Source of the DNA: a virus
Lineage: Duplodnaviria; Caudoviricetes
DNA length: 64,000 nucleotides
Direction: 5' to 3' (one strand)
IMG/VR virus record: IMGVR_UViG_3300020374_000001
Shown here: positions 9,253 to 18,879 of the stretch, piece after piece
Layout: every line of letters starts with the position of its first letter
Numbering within the stretch: the stretch's first letter is position 1
Program-made: the position numbers and the translations under genes
Notes under the pieces: model-generated
What the model was told of the DNA's origin: nothing
Seen by the model: the letters and a program-made list of their open reading frames with translations, nothing else
Database searches by the model: none

Positions 9253-10743
9253 ATGAGTAAATTAACACAATTCACGGTAACAGGAAAAGAAAAAGATGAT
9301 TTCTACGGTTTTCATATCGCAGGAATTAGTAATCAACAAGTAAGAAAAGTAATTACTAAACTTATTACTGGTACAAATACAAATCATAGTATTTACGAAT
9401 ATACTTTAGGTACTGCATATGATTCTAGTACGGCTACATTTTCTACTTCAACATCTTTAGTTAGAAACAATGCTGAAAACTCTACTCAATCTGGCAAATC
9501 AGACTTACACGGTATTACTTGGAATAACAACGGTACAAAATTATATGCTGTTGATAAGTTTCACGCAAGAATAATACAATACTCTTTATCAAGTGCTTAT
9601 GATGTTACATCAATAAGTTACGAAAAAGAAGTAGATATATCTGCTGAAGGTCAAAGTCCTGTTGCAATGTGTTTTAACAATGACGGTACAAAAATGTTTG
9701 TTAGTGAAATTGGCGGATCAACTGCTGAGGCTTCACCTCAAATTACTGCTGGTAATATTAACGAATATACTCTTTCAGGTGCTTATGATGTATCTACAAG
9801 AACATACTCAAAAAGATTATCTGTTGCTAGTGAAGACGCTAATATGTTAGATTTAGAATTTAATAAAGTTGCTAGAGGTGCTGTAAACCCAGGAGAATTA
9901 TTATTTACGTTAGGTGATGATGGAAATGATGTTAATGAATATCTATTAACAACTGCTTATGATCTTTCAACTGCTTCATTTGTTGACGCACATTCAATTG
10001 CTACTGAAGAATCAGATCCAAGAGGATTAGCATTTGATGATGATGGCGATAGACTTTATGTTGGTGGTAATACTGGTAATGATGTTAACCAATATCCATT
10101 AGTAACTGGTTATGACATATCTACTACACAGGCATTAACTTCAAATACTGCTTTTAGAACAAATAATATTGGTCCTAAAGGACTTTTATTTAATTCAAAT
10201 GGAACAAAAATGTATGTTATCGGTCACGGTGGAACATTATGCGTTGATAATGGTGATGACGAAAAACCAATTACACACATAACTAGAACAAGAAACGATA
10301 TTACATTATACGAAGGATTTACTTATATATTTGATGTATCAGATACTAATTTAACACAATCAGACTTTAAATTTTCAACAACTGCTGGTGGAACAAAGTC
10401 AGGTGGTACTGAATATACAACTAATGTAACAACTAACGGAACAATAGGTACTGCTGGTTCAACGGTAACTATACAAATACCTAAAAAGGGCGTAAGTACG
10501 GTTCCAGGTAGTGCTGTTGCAACATTATATTACTACGAAAGTAATTTTACTGATACTGGTGGTAAACTATACACACCAGAATGGAAAGGTGAATTACAAA
10601 TAACAAAGACCGACGGTAAAGATAACCTAGAAACACGTTTTGAAACTAAAGAACAAGAGGATATATTCAAAAATAGTTTCTTTATGAGGGCTGGTCTGAC
10701 TTTTAGTGTTGATAACGGAGACTTAAAAGTAGAATTAAATTAA
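9253..10743 (+). CDS. Beta-propeller (NHL-like repeat) virion protein
   Basis: Repeats of EY.L..AYD.ST and FN.DGTKM(Y/F)V. Confidence 0.75.
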   Translation: MSKLTQFTVTGKEKDDFYGFHIAGISNQQVRKVITKLITGTNTNHSIYEYTLGTAYDSSTATFSTSTSLVRNNAENSTQSGKSDLHGITWNNNGTKLYAVDKFHARIIQYSLSSAYDVTSISYEKEVDISAEGQSPVAMCFNNDGTKMFVSEIGGSTAEASPQITAGNINEYTLSGAYDVSTRTYSKRLSVASEDANMLDLEFNKVARGAVNPGELLFTLGDDGNDVNEYLLTTAYDLSTASFVDAHSIATEESDPRGLAFDDDGDRLYVGGNTGNDVNQYPLVTGYDISTTQALTSNTAFRTNNIGPKGLLFNSNGTKMYVIGHGGTLCVDNGDDEKPITHITRTRNDITLYEGFTYIFDVSDTNLTQSDFKFSTTAGGTKSGGTEYTTNVTTNGTIGTAGSTVTIQIPKKGVSTVPGSAVATLYYYESNFTDTGGKLYTPEWKGELQITKTDGKDNLETRFETKEQEDIFKNSFFMRAGLTFSVDNGDLKVELN

Positions 10744-10773
10744 AAATTTTTTATAATTGAAGGTATAAACGAT

Positions 10774-10787
10774 TATAAATATAAATA
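10774..10787 (+). promoter_or_regulatory. Two overlapping late promoter boxes TATAAATATAAATA
   Basis: Consensus twice, offset by 6 nt. Confidence 0.8.
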
Positions 10788-10808
10788 GAAATAAGGAAAA
10801 TTAGAATT

Positions 10809-11435
10809 ATGGCAACAATAAATTTAGGTAGAATTAAACCAGTATTTCAAGGTGCTTATAACGCTTCAACTGCTTATGTTGTTGACGATATAGTAACTTT
10901 TGGTGGTGAATCATTCATCTGTATTTTAGCTTCAACTGGTAATGCAACTTCAAACGCAACTTACTGGTCAAAAATCGCTAAAAAAGGTGATGATGTAACA
11001 CAATTAACAACACACGGAGATTTCTTATTTAGAGATGCTACTGGTGTACAAAGACTTGCCGCTGGAACAAGTGGACAAGTATTACAAACTAAAGGTGCTG
11101 GTCAGGATCCTATATGGGCAGACGCAACTTCCATAAATTGGTCTACAAAGACTGCTAATTTTACTGCTGTATCTGGTGGTGCTTACATAGGTAACACAAC
11201 AGACGGTGCTTTTACAATGACTTTACCTGCAAACCCTAATGATAATGATTATGTAATTATTGCTGATGGTTTCGGTAAGTGGGATATTGCAAATTTAACA
11301 ATTGCAAGAAACGGAAACAACATCGCTGGAGAGGCTGCTGATCTAATCGGTGACGCTAAATATGCAAGTGTTAGACTTGTATTTAAAACAACTCCAGACG
11401 TAACATCTTCTTTTATTGGTTGGGTAATAACGTAA
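10809..11435 (+). CDS. Short tail fibre adaptor, miniature paralog of the 1553-aa fibre
   Basis: N-terminal LGRIK..F.GAY repeat, LTT.GD.LF..GV.RL..G..G.VL linker and C-terminal LP..P...D.V...D..G.....L...RNG..I domain all match the 1553-aa protein. Confidence 0.75.
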   Translation: MATINLGRIKPVFQGAYNASTAYVVDDIVTFGGESFICILASTGNATSNATYWSKIAKKGDDVTQLTTHGDFLFRDATGVQRLAAGTSGQVLQTKGAGQDPIWADATSINWSTKTANFTAVSGGAYIGNTTDGAFTMTLPANPNDNDYVIIADGFGKWDIANLTIARNGNNIAGEAADLIGDAKYASVRLVFKTTPDVTSSFIGWVIT

Positions 11436-11453
11436 TATGAAGAAGATAAATAA

Positions 11454-11461
11454 TATAAATA
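11454..11461 (+). promoter_or_regulatory. Late promoter TATAAATA
   Basis: Exact consensus, intergenic. Confidence 0.8.
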
Positions 11462-11491
11462 ATTTAATAGAAAATTCAGGAGATCAATTCA

Positions 11492-12985
11492 ATGGCTAGT
11501 TTATCAAATTTACTTGGCGGATCAAGTGGTGGTGCTGACCACAGAAAAGAGGGACTTCCATTATTCGGAATATGGGGAGATAACTCTGACCAAAACCACA
11601 ACGTCAACTATCGTATTTACGATTCAGGTTTCAATAATGTAGGGTCACCTTGGGCTGCAGTATGTAACTCAACAACTAACTACCGATTCGGTATGTTATC
11701 AGACGCTTCACACTCATATTCTTACAATGACCACGGTACCGATGTATCGCATTGTAATTTAACATCACAAGACTATACGACTTGGACTTGTTACAACAAA
11801 TCAATTTATCAATGTGACCAATATCCTTGGGCACAATATTACACATCATCTAAAGATGGTTTTATATCTTGGCACTCATATCACCAAATGTCCACTTCAT
11901 TTGAATTTACATCTGCTTGGACAAAATTAAATCACGTCCTACCTGAAGGGATCAGACCAAGAAGATTATTTACAAATAGATTACAGACTATGAGAGAAAT
12001 GAACCCAGGACAGGCTGCAGGAAATGGTCAAATAGACTATTACGATTATTCTGCTAAAATGTTAGATACAACTAACACATACTCTACAGGTACTGGATAT
12101 AACGAGAAAAACAAAATGCTTGTTATGGTTCACTCTGCTGATGAAACTAGTGGCACTGCTAAAACAATTCACATTTTCAAATCAAGTAAGTGTTTAAACA
12201 AAGTTGACAGAATTAAAGATTACTTTGACGCTGTAACTTCAACTGAATACTTTACTGACACTTGGACAATTAACAACAACAAAAACATTTGTGTTGCTGT
12301 TGGTAATAACGAGTGGGTTGGTTTTGGATACAAACACGGTAACTCAATGAAATACGTTGCTTACAATTGTAAGAACGGACAATCATTGGGAACTACTGCT
12401 GCTGCTAGAGTTTATATCGGCTTCCAAGATTTTGCTGGTTCAACTACAACATCTTATAGTGCTGAAAACTCTAACTATCTTTACACTAAATTTAATCACA
12501 CTTGGGACGGTACTTGGGGAATGATTTACGGTTCTTATTACTACTACGGAGTTGGTATTAACGGATTCTGTATGAGTTTAGAAAATCCTAGAAAATTCAT
12601 AAGTATTAACCAAACTAAATCAAGTAGGGGAAATCCTTATATGGCTTGGGGTAAAACAGGATTCCACGGTGGTTATTCTGATAACACAGACGGAGAATCT
12701 TGGAGAACATATTGTTGGTCATTTGATCCTAAAGACTCAGATCACACGGTAGATACTAGAGTTTACTACGGAAATGACAATAGTAATACTACAAACCCTG
12801 CTACTAACGGTGCTTCTACATCTACAACGGTTACAAACAAAACAGGTAACTACGGATTAACTTCATCTTACAACTACTTACACGGTGGCTTCTACTCTAC
12901 GGTATATCCTCTAATGTGTCAAATTGATTGGTGGGGTAATTTTGGTAATGGTGATAGTAGATACGGTGGAAAACACGGCGAATAA
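11492..12985 (+). CDS. Putative receptor-binding/adhesin tip protein
   Basis: MASLSNLLGG N-terminus, Tyr/Trp/Asn/Ser-rich, at the end of the fibre module. Confidence 0.55.
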   Translation: MASLSNLLGGSSGGADHRKEGLPLFGIWGDNSDQNHNVNYRIYDSGFNNVGSPWAAVCNSTTNYRFGMLSDASHSYSYNDHGTDVSHCNLTSQDYTTWTCYNKSIYQCDQYPWAQYYTSSKDGFISWHSYHQMSTSFEFTSAWTKLNHVLPEGIRPRRLFTNRLQTMREMNPGQAAGNGQIDYYDYSAKMLDTTNTYSTGTGYNEKNKMLVMVHSADETSGTAKTIHIFKSSKCLNKVDRIKDYFDAVTSTEYFTDTWTINNNKNICVAVGNNEWVGFGYKHGNSMKYVAYNCKNGQSLGTTAAARVYIGFQDFAGSTTTSYSAENSNYLYTKFNHTWDGTWGMIYGSYYYYGVGINGFCMSLENPRKFISINQTKSSRGNPYMAWGKTGFHGGYSDNTDGESWRTYCWSFDPKDSDHTVDTRVYYGNDNSNTTNPATNGASTSTTVTNKTGNYGLTSSYNYLHGGFYSTVYPLMCQIDWWGNFGNGDSRYGGKHGE

Positions 12986-13008
12986 TTAACATAGAAGGAA
13001 CATAAAAA

Positions 13009-13287
13009 ATGGATTATTATTTTAATATTGCAACTAAAGAACCTTTTACTGGTAATACGGTTGCTGGTGATGACGCAGTTGCAAAAGGTATCGCAGTTAA
13101 AAAGACTGGTATTGCTGATGTTGAGTCTTGGAGATTATCTTTAGACGATAGTGGCAATGTAGTTATATTTGCTGAAGGTAAAAACGAAACAGACGCTCAG
13201 ACTCAAAAAGAAGAAGAAAGAGCTGCTGCTACTGCTGCTGACAAGACAAAAGAAACAGAATTAGAAGCTGCAAGAGCGGCAGAATAA
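13009..13287 (+). CDS. Hypothetical protein, possible fibre chaperone
   Basis: 92 aa after the adhesin; charged helical C-terminus. Confidence 0.55.
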   Translation: MDYYFNIATKEPFTGNTVAGDDAVAKGIAVKKTGIADVESWRLSLDDSGNVVIFAEGKNETDAQTQKEEERAAATAADKTKETELEAARAAE

Positions 13288-13317
13288 TTCTAACTTTTAA
13301 ATTGCTGGTTTTATATT

Positions 13318-13980
13318 ATGGCTTATGACATCAAAGAGCTCACAAAAGAGATTCATCAAAACGCAGAGCGACAAGAGTTTGTAAAAACTTTAATGAGTGG
13401 TACGATTCGTCCAGAATTGTACGCTATCTATCTCTATAATCAATTACAATGTTATTCTGTACTAGAAAAGTATGGAATGGCAAATGATTTGTTTAGACAA
13501 ACACCTGGTCTACAAAGAGCAGAAAACATACATAGAGATTACAAAAAGTTGTGGCCTGATCTATCAAATCCACCACAAATAACTCCTAGTACACAAGCAT
13601 ACGTTAAACACATAGAAACTATACAAGACGATCCTGAAAAACTATACGGACATATTTACGTTAGACATTTAGGTGATCTATCTGGTGGTCAAATGATTTC
13701 TAAAAAAGTACCTGTAAAAGGTTATTATGATTTTTTAGGTAAAGGACAAGAATATAAAAGAATAGTTAAAGAAATCATCAATGAATATTTAAACACTTAT
13801 CAAATTAATGTGATGGCTGAAGTAACTTATTGTTTTGAATCTGCTACAGAATTGTTTAAAGAGATGAATGAAATTAATAAACCTTTAGTATTAACTAATG
13901 AAGTTTTTGAATTTACAAGTGATAATAGAGATACCGAAAATGATCCTTTCAAAGGAACAGACATTGAAGGTAAAGATTAA
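13318..13980 (+). CDS. hemO: Heme oxygenase
   Basis: IKELTKEIHQNAE (proximal His) and HIYVRHLGDLSGGQMI distal-helix signature. Confidence 0.93.
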   Translation: MAYDIKELTKEIHQNAERQEFVKTLMSGTIRPELYAIYLYNQLQCYSVLEKYGMANDLFRQTPGLQRAENIHRDYKKLWPDLSNPPQITPSTQAYVKHIETIQDDPEKLYGHIYVRHLGDLSGGQMISKKVPVKGYYDFLGKGQEYKRIVKEIINEYLNTYQINVMAEVTYCFESATELFKEMNEINKPLVLTNEVFEFTSDNRDTENDPFKGTDIEGKD

Positions 13981-14660
13981 TGATTTGGGAAAGATTAATT
14001 AAACTAGAAAAAGAAATCATAGAAGTTTTAGACAAACATTTAACAGAATACAAAGAACCAGGTATGGATAGATTTAATAAACCTGGTTGGACAAATCGTA
14101 CTTGGTCTAATATGAGTATCAGACGAGCACACGTTGATGTAGTTGACGCCAGAGAAACTAAAGGATTATGGATGGCACATATATGTTTATTTCCTATGAA
14201 AAAAAATGGCGGACCTATTTACGGTTTTGATATTATTGCAGGTAAGAATAAAATTACAGGTGCGTTCCACGATTTTTCTCCATTACTAAAGAAAGAACAC
14301 CCATTAACAAGATGGTTTATAGAAGAAAACAAATGGTTTAAACCATCAAAAGTAAGAGAATTACCTGATTGGGCAAAAGCAATCTTTAGTGAAGGTATGA
14401 TTGCTGCTGGTAATGTAAGAGAAGAAAAAGAATTAGAACAAATTTGTACTTTAGCATTATCTAATTTAAACGCATATATTGATAAAATAGGACATTTTAA
14501 TAGTGATTCTAACGAGGAAGATGTCATAAGAGCACAAAATTTTTATTGTGAAAATCAACAAAAGAATCCTCACACCCCTAAAACTATGCAATCACTAGGG
14601 TTACCTGAAGAAGATATTAAGTTGTTTTGTGCTGATAATCTCTTTCCTACCATTAAATAA
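13980..14660 (+). CDS. pcyX: Ferredoxin-dependent bilin reductase, PcyX type
   Basis: RRAHVD, MAHICLFP, PIYGFD, RELPDWAKAIFS, QQKNPHT motifs; Asp53/His67/Asp84 arrangement as in phage PcyX; coupled to heme oxygenase. Confidence 0.85.
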   Translation: MIWERLIKLEKEIIEVLDKHLTEYKEPGMDRFNKPGWTNRTWSNMSIRRAHVDVVDARETKGLWMAHICLFPMKKNGGPIYGFDIIAGKNKITGAFHDFSPLLKKEHPLTRWFIEENKWFKPSKVRELPDWAKAIFSEGMIAAGNVREEKELEQICTLALSNLNAYIDKIGHFNSDSNEEDVIRAQNFYCENQQKNPHTPKTMQSLGLPEEDIKLFCADNLFPTIK

Positions 14661-14664
14661 ATCT

Positions 14665-14672
14665 TATAAATA
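14665..14672 (+). promoter_or_regulatory. Late promoter TATAAATA
   Basis: Exact consensus upstream of gp13. Confidence 0.85.
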
Positions 14673-14693
14673 GTATAAAAGATAAGGATTTTT

Positions 14694-15515
14694 ATGGCAG
14701 TACCAGCTACAAGAGAAACATTAAAGCAATACGCATTAAGAGCATTGGGTAAACCAGTAATTGAAATTAATGCTGATGACGACCAATTAGAAGATAGAAT
14801 AGACGAAGCAGTACAATACTTTCAGCAATTTCATTCTGATGGTATTAGAAGAACATATCTAAAATACAAATTAACTGCTGCTGACAAAGCTCGTTTGTCA
14901 GGTTTAAATCAGGAAAGTGAAACAAAGACAGATTTAAAAGATTCAAGTGTTTCAACAACTTGGTACGAAGATAAGAATTATCTCGTTGTTCCTGAAACCG
15001 TTTTATCTGTAATTAATATATTTCCATTCTCAAATAAAGGTAATATGAATCTATTTGATGTTAGGTATCAATTAAGATTAAATGACCTTTATGATTTTTC
15101 TTCTACATCTATAATCAACTATGATGTTGTATTAAGACATTTAGATTTTTTAGACCATATATTAGTAGGTGAAAAACCTATGAGATTTAATCAACACGAT
15201 AATAGATTATATATTGATATGGATTGGAAAAATGATTTAGACGAAGATGAATGGTTAGTAATAGAATGTTATAGAAGATTAGACCCTAACACTTATACAG
15301 ATATTTTTAATGACATATATTTAAAAAGATATGTAACTGCTTTATTTAAAAAACAATGGGGTGCTAACTTATCTAAATTCAATGGAGTTGCAATGGTTGG
15401 TGGCGTAACTTTAAATGGACAACAAATATATTCTGAAGCACTTACTGATATAGAAAAATTAGAAACAGAAATAAGAACTACTTACGAATTAAACCCAGCC
15501 TTTATGATAGGATAA
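14694..15515 (+). CDS. gp13: Neck protein gp13
   Basis: LRALGKPVIEIN...KKQWGANLSKF..GGVTLNG. Confidence 0.92.
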   Translation: MAVPATRETLKQYALRALGKPVIEINADDDQLEDRIDEAVQYFQQFHSDGIRRTYLKYKLTAADKARLSGLNQESETKTDLKDSSVSTTWYEDKNYLVVPETVLSVINIFPFSNKGNMNLFDVRYQLRLNDLYDFSSTSIINYDVVLRHLDFLDHILVGEKPMRFNQHDNRLYIDMDWKNDLDEDEWLVIECYRRLDPNTYTDIFNDIYLKRYVTALFKKQWGANLSKFNGVAMVGGVTLNGQQIYSEALTDIEKLETEIRTTYELNPAFMIG

Positions 15516-15519
15516 TACT

Positions 15520-16335
15520 ATGCCAGTTAATCATTACTTTCAAGGTGGCAACGGTATAGGTAATCAAAACGAAAAAAGACTTTACGAAGATTTAATTGTA
15601 GAGGGTCTTAAAATTTACGGCCACGATGTTTATTACCTACCGAGAACACTAGTCAATAGAGATTTAATTCTAGGAGAAGATACTACTTCTAGGTTTGATG
15701 ACTCTTGGATGGTTGAAATGTATGTTGAATCAACTGAAGGTTTTGCAGGTCAACAAGAAATAGTTTCAAAATTTGGTTTAGAGATTAGAGAAGATACTAC
15801 ATTTATGGTATCTAAAAGAGCGTGGGAATATCACGTTGGTTTAAAAGATAGTTTAATTGCTACAGGTAGACCAAACGAAGGTGATATAATTTACTATCCT
15901 TTAATGAACTCATTTTTTGAGATTCAATTTGTTGAAGATCAGGAACCTTTCTTTGCATTAGGTCAATTACCAGTTTACAAATTAAGAGTAACACGTTGGG
16001 AATACTCTAGTGAAAAACTAGATACAGGTTTAGAAGTTATAGATGGTGCTGAAGACAAATACACTTTAGATCAATTAAATTATAAGTTTAGTTTAGAAAG
16101 TGGTCAAGTTGCTTTAGATGGTGAAGGATCAATAAGATTAGAACAAGACTTACCTACAGGTGAACCACAATTTTTAATGAACGAAGACTTTACAGCATCC
16201 GTATTACAAACACAATCAGCATATGCGTCTAATACAGATTTAGATACTGAAGCAGGATTTGATACATCATCAGCATTAGATGATATATTAGACTTTACTG
16301 AAAGAAATCCTTTTGGAGATGAGGACTCAGCATAA
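15520..16335 (+). CDS. gp14: Neck protein gp14
   Basis: YYLPR..GED, SKFGLEIRE, RPNEGDIIY, terminal DFTERNPFG. Confidence 0.92.
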   Translation: MPVNHYFQGGNGIGNQNEKRLYEDLIVEGLKIYGHDVYYLPRTLVNRDLILGEDTTSRFDDSWMVEMYVESTEGFAGQQEIVSKFGLEIREDTTFMVSKRAWEYHVGLKDSLIATGRPNEGDIIYYPLMNSFFEIQFVEDQEPFFALGQLPVYKLRVTRWEYSSEKLDTGLEVIDGAEDKYTLDQLNYKFSLESGQVALDGEGSIRLEQDLPTGEPQFLMNEDFTASVLQTQSAYASNTDLDTEAGFDTSSALDDILDFTERNPFGDEDSA

Positions 16336-17138
16336 TGTTAGGTAATAGATTTTATAATCAAAGTTTAAGAAAACTTATTATTGCATTTGGACAAGTGTTT
16401 AATAATATAGTTATACAAAGAACTAATAGTACAGGTGGTGTAACTGCTAGAATAAAAGTACCTCTTGCATATGCACCCAAAGAAAAGTTTATGGTAAGAT
16501 TAGATCAACAAGCAAATTTAAATAGTAGAGAATTTGCAACATCTTTACCTCGTATGGGTTTTGAGATTACAGGTCTTAATTATGACCCTACTAGAAAATT
16601 AACTCGTGTTCAAAAATATTCACAAGTGAAATCAGGTGAAGATGGTAAGAAAGTAAACTTTAATTATACACCTGTGCCATACAATATTAATTTACAATTA
16701 TATCTTTTTACAGCAACTGCTGAAGATGGATTACAAATAGTTGAACAGATTTTACCATACTTTCAACCTGACTATACGGTAACGGTAAATATGGTTCCTA
16801 ATTTAGATATTAAAAGAGATATACCTATTGTATTAGGCAATATTAATTATGAGGATAGTTATGACGGAGATTTTACCACTCGTAGAGCCGTTATATATAC
16901 TATTAACTTTACTGCTAAAACATACTTGTTTGGTCCTATGAACAATCAAGGTGTTATTAAAAAAACACAAGCAGATTTGGGGACAGATACAGAACCTCAA
17001 TTAACAAGGGAAGAAAGAGTTGTAATATTACCTAATCCAACAACTGCTGACGCAGATGATGATTTTGGATTTACAACTACAATTAGTTTCTTTAATGATG
17101 GTAAGAGATATGATCCATCAAGTGGAAGTGATACGTAA
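16335..17138 (+). CDS. gp15: Tail terminator/sheath stabiliser gp15
   Basis: FG..FN.I.I.R, VPLAYAPK, LPRMGFE, QIVEQILPYFQP. Confidence 0.92.
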   Translation: MLGNRFYNQSLRKLIIAFGQVFNNIVIQRTNSTGGVTARIKVPLAYAPKEKFMVRLDQQANLNSREFATSLPRMGFEITGLNYDPTRKLTRVQKYSQVKSGEDGKKVNFNYTPVPYNINLQLYLFTATAEDGLQIVEQILPYFQPDYTVTVNMVPNLDIKRDIPIVLGNINYEDSYDGDFTTRRAVIYTINFTAKTYLFGPMNNQGVIKKTQADLGTDTEPQLTREERVVILPNPTTADADDDFGFTTTISFFNDGKRYDPSSGSDT

Positions 17139-17623
17139 TGAATAAACTTGAAGAAAAAGTAAATGAAATATTAGGTGTTGATACACCTACAAATATACAA
17201 AAAGAATTTAGTCCTCCTGTTGAAAGAAAAGAAGGTCAGTTAGAATTAGCAGTTGAAAAAGATATTAATACAGATTATGATTATAGTAGAGAAAGTTATT
17301 ATAGTCTAATAGAAAAAGGACAAGAGGCAATACAAGGTATACTTGATATTGCAAAAGAAGGTCAACATCCTAGAGCATACGAAGTTGCAGGACAATTAAT
17401 TGGTCAAGTAGGACAAACGGTTGACAAGTTACAAGACTTACAAAAAAAATTAAAAGACCTAAAAGAAGTACCTAATAAAACAAATGCCAATATAAAAAAT
17501 GCTTTATTTGTAGGTTCAACAACTGAACTACAAAAGATGTTAAATAAAAAAACTATTGAAACAAATAGTGAGAGGAAAAGTGAAAATGAAAAATTTGAAG
17601 GTAAAGACATCACACCCAAATAA
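17138..17623 (+). CDS. gp16: Terminase small subunit gp16
   Basis: DYDYSR, HPRAYEV, ALFVGSTTELQK. Confidence 0.92.
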   Translation: MNKLEEKVNEILGVDTPTNIQKEFSPPVERKEGQLELAVEKDINTDYDYSRESYYSLIEKGQEAIQGILDIAKEGQHPRAYEVAGQLIGQVGQTVDKLQDLQKKLKDLKEVPNKTNANIKNALFVGSTTELQKMLNKKTIETNSERKSENEKFEGKDITPK

Positions 17624-17638
17624 CACTTTTAAAACTCT

Positions 17639-17646
17639 TATAAGTA
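17639..17646 (+). promoter_or_regulatory. Late promoter variant TATAAGTA
   Basis: One mismatch; the same variant in the same aaaactWtta context precedes gp20 (23159). Confidence 0.55.
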
Positions 17647-17663
17647 ATAATAAGGAGTTTTAA

Positions 17664-18254
17664 ATGATTGAAGTTAGAGAAATAGATTTACTTTTAGCAA
17701 AGAGTTATCTAAAAGATGAAAAAGGTTTTAGTGATGCTAAAGTACAACAAGAATTGAATAGATTACAATTTGAATTAAATACAAGTGTACTATTAAAAAA
17801 TAAAGATGGTTCACAATCAACTGGTAAAATATTTGAAAAATTTAGAATAGGTGCCTTTCGTTGGTTAGGTGCTTTTGATGGAAATAAATTTGCAGGTATA
17901 CATTGGCATTCCCAAAATTGGCACGCTAATAATTTTGAAAGTGAAAAAAAAGATATTATGGATGGCAACTTACACGCAGATAATGAAGAAGTTGCTATAG
18001 CATTAGATAATAAATTTAAAGAATTAATTAAAGATAAGTTTGTAGTTAATTATGCGTATTGTTTTCCACAAGATCAATTCAATTTAGATTTCAGAAAAAA
18101 ATTAGGATATGTAGTTTGGGCACAATCTAATATAGATGGAGGTATTTTACATTTTCTAAAAAGACTTCCTAATTCTAAAGTCTTATCTCCTGAAGAAGAA
18201 AAACAGGCGAAGATTGACAAATTGAAAAAACAATTGGAGGAGTTAAATGCTTGA
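17664..18254 (+). CDS. Hypothetical protein, possible GNAT-like fold
   Basis: WLGAFDGNKFAG and NLDFRKKLGY resemble GNAT motifs; AAGGAG RBS. Confidence 0.5.
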   Translation: MIEVREIDLLLAKSYLKDEKGFSDAKVQQELNRLQFELNTSVLLKNKDGSQSTGKIFEKFRIGAFRWLGAFDGNKFAGIHWHSQNWHANNFESEKKDIMDGNLHADNEEVAIALDNKFKELIKDKFVVNYAYCFPQDQFNLDFRKKLGYVVWAQSNIDGGILHFLKRLPNSKVLSPEEEKQAKIDKLKKQLEELNA

Positions 18255-18879
18255 AGAACATAAATTTCCATTAGAAAGTTTTATAGGTGGTTGGTATATT
18301 AATCCAAATATATGCTCTGCTCTTATAGATTTATTTCATAAAAATCCTAAACATCATAAACAAGGTGTTATAGGTGGTCCATATAATGTTAATATAGAAA
18401 ATAAAGATTCAATTGATTTAGGAATACATCCAAATTATACTGATCCTGCATTTAAAAATTATAAAAAATCATTAAAACAATGTGTTGAATTATATGAAAA
18501 TAAGTATCCTGAATTAAAAGAATGGAACGCATACGGAATGACCGAAGGTGCTAACATACAATATTATAGACCAGGTGCTGGTTATTTTGCTGAACATTGT
18601 GAGAGAACATCTAAAAATGAAAATCGTTGTCTTGTATGGATGACATATCTAACTGATACTCCAGACGCAGGTACGCATTTTAAATATCAAAATATAACAA
18701 CGCCTTGTAAAAAAGGTTTGACTTTAATTTGGCCAACAGATTTTACACATACACATAGCGGTCAAATATCTGATAAGCACGAAAAATATATTATAACAGG
18801 TTGGTTTGGAGGAAACGGACACACGTATAAAGGATACGATAAACCAAGCGATTATAAAGATCAAGTGTACAATGGCTAA
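18247..18879 (+). CDS. 2OG-Fe(II) oxygenase (prolyl-hydroxylase-like)
   Basis: IQYYRPG.GY..EHCE, WMTYL, LIWP..FTHTH.G, KYIITGW. Confidence 0.88.
   Translation: MLEEHKFPLESFIGGWYINPNICSALIDLFHKNPKHHKQGVIGGPYNVNIENKDSIDLGIHPNYTDPAFKNYKKSLKQCVELYENKYPELKEWNAYGMTEGANIQYYRPGAGYFAEHCERTSKNENRCLVWMTYLTDTPDAGTHFKYQNITTPCKKGLTLIWPTDFTHTHSGQISDKHEKYIITGWFGGNGHTYKGYDKPSDYKDQVYNG

Noticed and set aside
11492-12985. Possible diversity-generating retroelement target (Asn/Tyr-rich adhesin)
   Set aside because: No reverse transcriptase and no template/variable repeat pair seen in the window; the AAC/TAC bias fits a highly expressed gene
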